Assembly: GCA_965242895.1 (NCBI GenBank)
Contig: OZ251507.1
Coordinates: 1,433,884 to 1,497,883 of the forward strand
Length of the DNA: 64,000 nucleotides
From: Acidimicrobiales bacterium
GTDB lineage: Bacteria; Actinomycetota; Acidimicrobiia; Acidimicrobiales; CATQHL01
Direction of reading: 5' to 3'
Below the pieces are notes generated by a model that ran no database searches, had not been told where the DNA came from, and worked only from the letters and a program-made list of their open reading frames with translations. Within the stretch, counting starts at the first letter, position 1; every line of letters starts with the position of its first letter. A program made the translations under genes and the position numbers. Below, piece by piece: positions 8,909 through 16,000 of the stretch.

Positions 8909-9619
8909 ATGAGTATCGCATGTTGGTCGGTCAAGGGTGGAGTAGGCACGTCGGTGGTGGCAGCTTTGCTAGCGCACCAAGCGGCGTCGACAAAAAGTTC
9001 CGGGACGCTGCTCGTCGATCTCGACGGGGACGCCCCTGGCGTCCTAGGGGTGCCGGAACCCTCTTCGCCGGGCGTGGCAGAGTGGCTAAGCGCCTACGGC
9101 GAGGTGCGGATCGACGCCCTGAGACTTCTGGAGAAGGAAGTCGCCGAAGGGTTTTCGATCTTGCCGCGAGGCTCTGGCCCGCTGCGGTATCCGGAGAGGG
9201 CGGAAGTCATGGCCCGGGAATTTTCATCCGAGCATCGGGAGACGGTCATCGACTGCGGCTGTCTGTGGCGGTCCGGCGGAGATCCGCAGGAACTTGGCGG
9301 CGAGAAGCCGCCGCTCGATGACATCGACGTAAAGCGTGCGGTCGTGGCGCAGGCCAGCCGGTCGTGGTTGGTCACCCGTTCCTGCTTCCTGGCGCTGCGC
9401 CGGGCCGCCCGCGCTCCTTTGCAGCCCAGCGGAGTGGTTCTGCTGGTTGAACCTGGGCGCGCCCTCACACCCGGCGACGTCGAGGACGTCGTAGGTGCGC
9501 CTCTGGTGCTTCGAGTGGAAGTCGACCCTGCCGTCGCCCGCGCCGTGGACGCAGGCATTTTGGCGGGGCGCTTGCCTGGCGGTTTGGTCAAGGCGGTGGC
9601 CAAGGCGTGGATGAGCTGA
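8909..9619 (+). CDS. CpaE/Ssd-like ParA-family protein of an actinobacterial Tad cluster (degenerate Walker A)
   Basis: The N-terminus is CWSVKGGVGTSVVAALLA. This has the MinD/ParA layout, but the GK[ST] lysine is replaced (GTS). It lies immediately upstream of cpaF. Confidence 0.7.
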   Translation: MSIACWSVKGGVGTSVVAALLAHQAASTKSSGTLLVDLDGDAPGVLGVPEPSSPGVAEWLSAYGEVRIDALRLLEKEVAEGFSILPRGSGPLRYPERAEVMAREFSSEHRETVIDCGCLWRSGGDPQELGGEKPPLDDIDVKRAVVAQASRSWLVTRSCFLALRRAARAPLQPSGVVLLVEPGRALTPGDVEDVVGAPLVLRVEVDPAVARAVDAGILAGRLPGGLVKAVAKAWMS

Positions 9620-9679
9620 GCGGCGATCTTCTTAGGCGCGCTGCGGCGAGGCGCCGGCCCGGGTGCGAGCGGGGGTCGC

Positions 9680-10852
9680 GTGGATGAGCTGAGCGGCGAT
9701 CTTCTGTCGCACGAGGAGGACGACCTCCATCGACTGGTTGTGGATACCTCGCCTCTAGGTGCACTGCCCGACCCCGAACGCGTCAGAGAGATCGTAAGCC
9801 GACGGACGCCCCTGCTCAGCCCCTGCTTGCAGCAGGAACTAACTCAGAGGGTCCTGGCGCGTCTGAGCGGTTTGGGGCCGCTGGAGAAGCTTCTGGAAGA
9901 CCCTTCAGTGAATGAGATCATGGTCAACGGCTCCTCGGGCGGTGTCTGGGTCGAATCAGAGGGCTTGCTCCAACGAGTCGATCTTGACATAGGCGATTCC
10001 ACTCTTCTGCAGCTCATCGAGCGGATCGTTTCCCCTTTGGGCTTGCGCGCAGACCGCACTTCTCCCTTGGTGGACGCCCGCTTGCCGGACGGGTCTCGAG
10101 TGAACGTGGTGATGCCGCCGGTAGCCGTGGACGGCCCTTACTTAAGCATTCGCCGTTTCAGGGCGCGTCGCATGAAAGTCTCGGATTTCGCTTCCCGCGC
10201 CGCGGCCGAGTTGCTGAGCTGGATGGTGCGTGCGAGAGCCAACGTCTTGCTCAGCGGCGGGACCGGCGCAGGAAAGACCACATTCTTAAACACGCTTGCG
10301 GGCGAGATTCCGCAGGAAGACCGCATCATCACCGTCGAAGACGCAGCCGAACTCGACCTTCAGTCAGATCACGTGGTGCGGCTCGAAGCGCGTCCACGCG
10401 GGGTGGAAGGATCCTCGTCTGTGACTGTTAGGGACTTGGTACGCAACGCCCTGAGGATGCGCCCCGACCGAATTCTGCTGGGCGAGGTGCGGAGTTCCGA
10501 GGCGTTCGATCTGCTCCAGGCCATGAACACTGGTCACGACGGATGTATGTCTACTTGTCATGCCAACGGCGCCTCCGACGCCCTGCGGCGACTCGAAAGC
10601 ATGGCGATGACATCCGACAGCGGCCTCCCGCTGGACGCTTTGCGCGAACAGATTTCATCTGCTCTCGACTTCGTAGTTCACTTGGCGAGAGAGTCGGGCG
10701 GCCGTCGCCGTGTCACGGAAATAGCAGAGGTCCAAGACCCTTCGAAACCACCGAGGTTGCTGACAAGATCAGGCGAACTCTCCGCCATGCCGCGATGGGG
10801 CGGGCGCGATCCAAACGTCTCGCCGCCCGAGATGGACTGGCTGGAAATCTGA
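9680..10852 (+). CDS. CpaF/TadA-family secretion ATPase
   Basis: [15 protein letters not shown] (Walker A), ILLGEVR and AMNTGHDG motifs typical of CpaF/VirB11-type ATPases. Confidence 0.9.
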   Translation: MDELSGDLLSHEEDDLHRLVVDTSPLGALPDPERVREIVSRRTPLLSPCLQQELTQRVLARLSGLGPLEKLLEDPSVNEIMVNGSSGGVWVESEGLLQRVDLDIGDSTLLQLIERIVSPLGLRADRTSPLVDARLPDGSRVNVVMPPVAVDGPYLSIRRFRARRMKVSDFASRAAAELLSWMVRARANVLLSGGTGAGKTTFLNTLAGEIPQEDRIITVEDAAELDLQSDHVVRLEARPRGVEGSSSVTVRDLVRNALRMRPDRILLGEVRSSEAFDLLQAMNTGHDGCMSTCHANGASDALRRLESMAMTSDSGLPLDALREQISSALDFVVHLARESGGRRRVTEIAEVQDPSKPPRLLTRSGELSAMPRWGGRDPNVSPPEMDWLEI

Positions 10853-11778
10853 TGGCCATTTCAGCGTTCGCAGCTGCAGGCTTACTGATTACGGCTGTTC
10901 TGTCTCGCGGCCTGATCCCTCTGCTTTCTCGCAGAAAGATAATGCAGCGCTGCCGGGAGCATCACGGCGGCTTCGGACGCCCGTCCAGCCCCTTCTCCCG
11001 GGCCGCCGACGCCCATTCGGGTTCCACTCCAGCAGCGCAGCGGGCAGGGTTTCTGCGCCGGGCGCTGGCGGCGGCCGCTCTCGATTGGAGCGAGGCAGAC
11101 GCTTACAAGGTCTGGGCCGCTTCCGCCGTCCTGGGCGTCGGGGCGGGTCTTGCCGCGGGTTCCGCATCCGTCTCTTTGTTTGGCTTGGCTGCGGGAGTAG
11201 TTGGGCCTCCCTTGCTGTTGGCGGCCTTGCGTAAACGCGGCGAGCGGGTCGTTCTGGATTCCCTGCCCGGGTTCCTGGAGCGGGTGGCTCAGGGTTTGCG
11301 CGCCGACGTCTCCTCCCTGGCAGCCATCACCGAAGCTCATCGGGAGGCTCGCTCCCCCCTGCGGGAGGAGTTGGAGGTCGTCCTCAACGACGTCCGGGCG
11401 GGGAGGCCGCTGCCTGCCGCACTGGAGCGCTGGAGGTTGCGGAGAAAGCATCCGGACGTCAGCTTGGCGGTTGCCGCTTTATCCATCGGGGCAGTCGCCG
11501 GCGGGCGGCGAGCTCAGGCTATAGACAGGGTGGCGTCGGGGCTGCGCGCCGGCCGCAACACGCGCAGCGAACTTTCGGCGCTTTCGCTGCAGGGCAGAGC
11601 CTCGGCGCTGATCATCGCCCTTCTGCCGTTGGGCTTTTTGATTTTGGACTCACTCCTCGGCGGCAGCACCCTGGGCTTCCTCCTGGGTTCTTCTCTGGGT
11701 CTGCTCTGTCTAGGAGCAGGTCTTGCGCTCGACGCCATTGCGTTTTTCTGGATGCGCCAGATCACTCGAGTGGCATGA
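10852..11778 (+). CDS. TadB-like type II secretion system F-family membrane protein
   Basis: ATGA overlap with the cpaF stop. It has hydrophobic N- and C-terminal segments and a T2SSF-like central region. The track ORF start at 10543 lies inside cpaF and was rejected. Confidence 0.75.
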   Translation: MAISAFAAAGLLITAVLSRGLIPLLSRRKIMQRCREHHGGFGRPSSPFSRAADAHSGSTPAAQRAGFLRRALAAAALDWSEADAYKVWAASAVLGVGAGLAAGSASVSLFGLAAGVVGPPLLLAALRKRGERVVLDSLPGFLERVAQGLRADVSSLAAITEAHREARSPLREELEVVLNDVRAGRPLPAALERWRLRRKHPDVSLAVAALSIGAVAGGRRAQAIDRVASGLRAGRNTRSELSALSLQGRASALIIALLPLGFLILDSLLGGSTLGFLLGSSLGLLCLGAGLALDAIAFFWMRQITRVA

Positions 11779-12584
11779 ACCTGCTTGCGGTTTTCTGGGT
11801 TTTGGCGCTGACCTGGGGGGTCGTTGGCGGCCTGGGCAGACTGCGCCGCAGCGCCGCCCCAGCCGCTCGTCTGCGGGAACTCGGTTCAAGAGCCGCTGGG
11901 ACGACGACGCCGCCGCCGGAAGGTCGTTTTCCGCTTCGACTCGTCGCTCTAGCTGGGCGAACGCTGCGCTCCGTCTCTGGCCGCCCTGCCGATCCCCTCG
12001 CCGACCGCAGGCTAGGACTTGCTCTGCTGGCGGCTGCCTGCGGCTCAGCAGTGGACCTGCGGGTAGGGATCCTGGCAGGGGCAGGTTCGTGGCTGTGGGG
12101 ACTTCGCCGCCGTCCACGCGCCCGTCGAAAGGCGGCAGTCGAGTTACGAAACGCCCTCCCGGAGGTTTTAGACCTCTTCGCTCTGGCCGCCAGCGCCGGT
12201 CTCAGCGTCCGGCAAGCCCTAGACGAGGTGGCGCCTCGCTGCTCCGGGCTTATCGGAGAGGCGCTCGGGAGCGTCCGCCGCCGGATCGGAGTCGGAGTCG
12301 ATGTCGCCGAAGCCTTCGAGGAACTGCCCGAGGCATACGGAGAGGAATTGCGTGAACTCGTCAGACCCCTAGTGAACTCTCTGCGCTACGGGACATCGCT
12401 AGCGGACGGTCTCTCTAACTCGGCCGAGCAGGCACGGCTGAACAAACGGCGTCAAGCAGAGCAGACGTCCCGCATGGTTCCGCTCAAACTGCTGGCGCCC
12501 TTGTCGATCTGCGTGCTCCCCGCGTTCGTGCTGCTGACCATTGTGCCTTCGCTTGCCGGTTCGCTGGACTTCCTCGATTTTTGA
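11775..12584 (+). CDS. TadC-like type II secretion system F-family membrane protein
   Basis: ATGA overlap with tadB and the same domain layout. The C-terminus is KLLAPLSICVLPAFVLLTIVPSLAG. Confidence 0.75.
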   Translation: MNLLAVFWVLALTWGVVGGLGRLRRSAAPAARLRELGSRAAGTTTPPPEGRFPLRLVALAGRTLRSVSGRPADPLADRRLGLALLAAACGSAVDLRVGILAGAGSWLWGLRRRPRARRKAAVELRNALPEVLDLFALAASAGLSVRQALDEVAPRCSGLIGEALGSVRRRIGVGVDVAEAFEELPEAYGEELRELVRPLVNSLRYGTSLADGLSNSAEQARLNKRRQAEQTSRMVPLKLLAPLSICVLPAFVLLTIVPSLAGSLDFLDF

Positions 12585-12682
12585 CACCGCATGCGTTCCC
12601 TGCGTTCTCTGCTTCCCCCGTTTGTTTCCCCTTCTGCTTCCCCGTTTGCTTCCCCCGCCAAGAAACACACAAGGAGGGAGAC

Positions 12683-12988
12683 ATGAAATACGCAGTTCTC
12701 AAGCAGTTAGTTGCTCTCCAGAGCGCCCTGCTTCTTTCGTTCGAGCGACTCTCGTCCGCCGCTGACCGACTCAGGAAAGACTTGGTGCTTCGGCTTCAAG
12801 ACGTCCCGAGCGTCGGCGGACGCAGCGTCGAATCGTCTTGCCGAGGTCAAGCCACCGCTGAGTATGCCTTGGTGATCCTCGGTGCCGCCGCCCTGGCCAT
12901 GTTGTTTGTGGCCTGGGCTACCGACACCAAACGCATAGGCAGCTTTTTCAACGCCGTGATGCGATCCATCACCAACCTCATTACTTGA
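12683..12988 (+). CDS. Flp-pilin-like / DUF4244-like protein with a long leader
   Basis: Strong RBS AAGGAGGGAG. GQATAEYALVILGAAALAMLFVAW matches the G/xxxxEY prepilin motif followed by a hydrophobic helix. About 55 aa precede the motif. Confidence 0.6.
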   Translation: MKYAVLKQLVALQSALLLSFERLSSAADRLRKDLVLRLQDVPSVGGRSVESSCRGQATAEYALVILGAAALAMLFVAWATDTKRIGSFFNAVMRSITNLIT

Positions 12989-13386
12989 ACCGCCTGGCCT
13001 CCCCCGTCGGCCCTAAAGCGCATCAGAGAGGCCAGGCCACCCTGGAGTTGGCGCTGCTGCTCCCCGTCCTGATGCTGATGGTTCTGTTCTGCGTGCAGGT
13101 CGGTTTTCTCGTGCGAGACCAGATCATGGTCGTGCACGCCGCCCGTTCTGCCGCCCGCGCCGCCGCCGTCGCCAACGATCCTTCTCGTGCGCTTCCCGCT
13201 GCGCTTGCCTCGGCGCAGTTGGATCCGCAGCGGCTGAAGGTGAGTGTCACCGGCGCAGCTAAGGGCGGCGAAGACGTAGAAGTCGGGTTGGAATACCGCT
13301 CGCCGGTGCTGTTCGCTCCCTTCAGGCTGTTCACGGAGGAGTTTTTGCTCTCGGAGAAGGTAGTCATGCGGGCAGAGGCAGAGTAG
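12985..13386 (+). CDS. TadE-like pilus assembly protein
   Basis: GQATLELALLLPVLMLMVLFCVQVG is a TadE-type N-terminal motif. The start overlaps the stop of the upstream gene. Confidence 0.7.
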   Translation: MNRLASPVGPKAHQRGQATLELALLLPVLMLMVLFCVQVGFLVRDQIMVVHAARSAARAAAVANDPSRALPAALASAQLDPQRLKVSVTGAAKGGEDVEVGLEYRSPVLFAPFRLFTEEFLLSEKVVMRAEAE

Positions 13387-13605
13387 GCGGCGGGCGTCGT
13401 CCGCTTTCTGCCTGCTTTGCCCTGTCTGCTTTGTCTTCCCGTCGCCCGCTTTCCGTCGTCGTCGCCTAGATGAGGGTGCTCGAGGAAGGTGCGCCTGTCT
13501 GCTTCGCCCTCCCGCCGCTTTCCGTCCCGTTCGAATGCTGCAGCGATATCGTGAACGCTGCTATTGCTTGGCTGAGCGAGATTCCCAACGAGGTGGACAT
13601 CAACT

Positions 13606-14070
13606 GTGACGGCAACTGCCGGCGACTGGAGAGACAGCGTAGAACTAGACGTGCCGGCCAGTTTTGAGTACCTAGCAGTGGTTCGTGACTTGGTGATTTC
13701 GACAGTGGCGCGAGGAGCGCGGGTGTCGCTTGAGCGCTTAGAAAACTTGCGGGTGGCGGTCTCCGAGGCGGTGACAAACTCCATGACAGCATCCTCGGCG
13801 AATGGCTCGCTCAAGCCAATTCGGGTGTACTGCACTCCCCGCCGCCGGCGGGTGGAGGTGAGGATCGTTGATCATGGAGGAGGTTTCGACCCCGTCAGCG
13901 TCGCCGAGTTGCCCGCTCCCGAAGACCCTCGAAGACTGCAGCACGAAAGCGGCCTGGGTCTCACTCTGATGCGCTCCATGGTCGACGAGCACTCCATCCG
14001 TCCGACCAGCGACGGCACCGAAGTGCGTCTAGTGGTCTACACGAGTCCAGATTCCTCTATTTCCCCGTAG
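13606..14070 (+). CDS. RsbW/SpoIIAB-like anti-sigma factor serine kinase (HATPase_c family)
   Basis: FEYLAVVRDLV, SEAVTNS (N-box-like), VDHGGGFD and GLGLTLMRSMVDE (G-boxes). The start is GTG. Confidence 0.75.
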   Translation: MTATAGDWRDSVELDVPASFEYLAVVRDLVISTVARGARVSLERLENLRVAVSEAVTNSMTASSANGSLKPIRVYCTPRRRRVEVRIVDHGGGFDPVSVAELPAPEDPRRLQHESGLGLTLMRSMVDEHSIRPTSDGTEVRLVVYTSPDSSISP

Positions 14071-14224
14071 TTTCGAGTAGCTTGCCTACCCTTTATCCCG
14101 TGCGCCAGCGCTCGGTCCCCGATCATTCCTGTTGTCGTCCGGTCCCCGACTCTCTGCTTTGTAGCATCGTCTCAGTGATTGGTCGAGTGACTTGCCGTTC
14201 AGATGCACGAGCCCAGGGAAGAGC

Positions 14225-15922
14225 ATGAAGTCAGACGCATCCGAACCTGAAGTTTCTGTCGAATCCCAGTCTCCTCCGCTCGGAGGCTCCGAGCACGAGG
14301 GGCACGAGGAGCACCAGGGGCGCCAGGGGCACGAGGAGCACCGTGGGCACCAGGGGCGCCAGGGGCACGAGGAGCACCATGCCGCTCTCCCCGACGGGTC
14401 GAGCGCCGAAGGGGAAGCCAACTCGACACCCGCCAAGCCTCCCGACGTCGACCTCACCTGGATAGGACGAGACAGCGTCCTGGCGCGCATACTGGCGCGT
14501 CCTCTGCTGCGTTTCCTGCACATCGAAGCGTCTGGGGGGATCCTTCTTTTGCTGGCCACAGCCGCCGCGCTTATCTGGGTGAATTCTCCTGGGAGCGACA
14601 GTTATTTTGATTTTTGGCACACGCCCATCTACCTCAGCTTCCATGATTTCGTGATTTTCGACAGAGATCTGCACGCTTTCGTGAACGATGCGCTGATGGC
14701 GTTGTTCTTCTTCGTGGTGGGTCTGGAGATCAAGCGAGAGATGGTGGCAGGTCAACTCAGCAGTCTGCGAAACGTGCTACTGCCCGTGGGTGCCGCCTTG
14801 GGGGGGATGATCGTCCCGGCGCTTACCTACGTCGCCTTCAACGCCGGAGGCGAATACATAAACGGCTGGGGCATTCCCATGGCAACCGACATCGCTTTCG
14901 CCATCGGTGTCGTCTCGCTGCTCGGCAAGAGGGTTCCTCCTTGGCTCAAGCTCTTTCTTCTGAGCTTGGCCATCGCCGACGACATCGGGTCGATCCTGGT
15001 AATCGCGATTTTTTACAGCTCCAACATCTCTGTTGGCTGGCTGATGGCCGCGCTCGGGGCGTGTGTGCTGATAGCGGTCTTGACTCGGATTCGTGTCTGG
15101 CACGTTCCCATGTACGTGCTGTTGGGTCTCATCGTCTGGTGGACAACGTTCCGCTCGGGTGTGCACGCCACGATTGCGGGGGTGGCTCTTGGATTGCTCA
15201 CGCCCGCCTCGCCGCTTCAGAGCGAATCGAAAGCCCGCTCGGTGGCGCGCTGGCTGGAACGTAAGAGAACAATCACTCTGACGGACATCCGACGGGCTGG
15301 TTTCAGCATTACGGAGTCGCGTTCGGTCGCCGAGCGGCTGGAGATAATTCTGCACCCCTACGTGAGCTACTTGATCGTTCCGCTGTTCGCCTTAGCGAAC
15401 GCCGGAGTGGTGCTGAGCGGCGAGTTGCTCTCCAGAGCGGTTACTTCACCGGTCACTCTGGGCGTCGTTCTGGGTCTGGTGGTCGGAAAGACCGTCGGAG
15501 TGACGTTCTTTACTTGGTTGTTCGCCAAACTCAAACTTGGTTCCTTGCCCGCCGGAGTGAACTATCTGCATGTTCTGGGCGTTTCAATCATAGCTGGCAT
15601 AGGTTTCACCGTTTCGTTGTTCGTCACCGTCCTGGCCTTCGAAGTGGATGAGCCGCTGCACGCAGGCCAGAGCCTCGATGAGGTCGCTCAATCAGTTGCG
15701 GCTCCGGACGGAGAGGCGTCCGCCGACGAGCAATCCTCCGCTGAAGTTTCGCCCTGGGCCGTCTCGCCGGCCGACGATGAAGCCAAGGTGGGAGTCCTGG
15801 CTGGCTCGCTAATAGCCTTCATCGGAGGACTGGGGGTGCTCTGGTTTGCATGCAGTCGAAAACCCGAGTCGTCCGACGAAGTTAACTTGAAGCCGCCCGG
15901 CGACGTTCACCAAACCACTTGA
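14225..15922 (+). CDS. nhaA: Na+/H+ antiporter NhaA with His-rich N-terminal and extended C-terminal tails
   Basis: NhaA core (FVNDALMALFFFVVGLEIKRE, LSLAIADDIGSI). The ATG at 14225 is preceded by GGGAAGAG. Confidence 0.9.
   Translation: MKSDASEPEVSVESQSPPLGGSEHEGHEEHQGRQGHEEHRGHQGRQGHEEHHAALPDGSSAEGEANSTPAKPPDVDLTWIGRDSVLARILARPLLRFLHIEASGGILLLLATAAALIWVNSPGSDSYFDFWHTPIYLSFHDFVIFDRDLHAFVNDALMALFFFVVGLEIKREMVAGQLSSLRNVLLPVGAALGGMIVPALTYVAFNAGGEYINGWGIPMATDIAFAIGVVSLLGKRVPPWLKLFLLSLAIADDIGSILVIAIFYSSNISVGWLMAALGACVLIAVLTRIRVWHVPMYVLLGLIVWWTTFRSGVHATIAGVALGLLTPASPLQSESKARSVARWLERKRTITLTDIRRAGFSITESRSVAERLEIILHPYVSYLIVPLFALANAGVVLSGELLSRAVTSPVTLGVVLGLVVGKTVGVTFFTWLFAKLKLGSLPAGVNYLHVLGVSIIAGIGFTVSLFVTVLAFEVDEPLHAGQSLDEVAQSVAAPDGEASADEQSSAEVSPWAVSPADDEAKVGVLAGSLIAFIGGLGVLWFACSRKPESSDEVNLKPPGDVHQTT
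14311..14378 (+). repeat. In-frame 36-nt-period direct repeat (two perfect 32-nt copies) encoding a His-rich segment
   Basis: GCACCAGGGGCGCCAGGGGCACGAGGAGCACC occurs at 14311-14342 and 14347-14378. It encodes ...HEGHEEHQGRQGHEEHRGHQGRQGHEEHH... Confidence 0.9.
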
Positions 15923-16000
15923 GATTCTGCGAATCTCGACTATCGGAGCAAGCCTCCCGCCCTTCTGAACCAACAACGAACATCGGAGTCAAGATCAACC

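Noticed and set aside
10543-10851. Upstream extension of the TadB ORF (track start 10543)
   Set aside because: The extension lies entirely inside cpaF in another frame. The ATGA-coupled ATG at 10852 precedes a hydrophobic N-terminus and matches TadB size.
13470-13667. 65-aa plus-strand ORF upstream of and overlapping the RsbW-like gene, considered as a possible STAS antagonist or third TadE-like gene
   Set aside because: It has no STAS or TadE motif that I can see, it overlaps the kinase start by about 60 nt, and its C-terminus is Arg-rich out-of-frame sequence. It is left unannotated.
13023-13835. 270-aa minus-strand ORF
   Set aside because: It is antisense to both the tadE-like and rsbW-like genes, which have recognisable motifs. 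I recognise no family in it.
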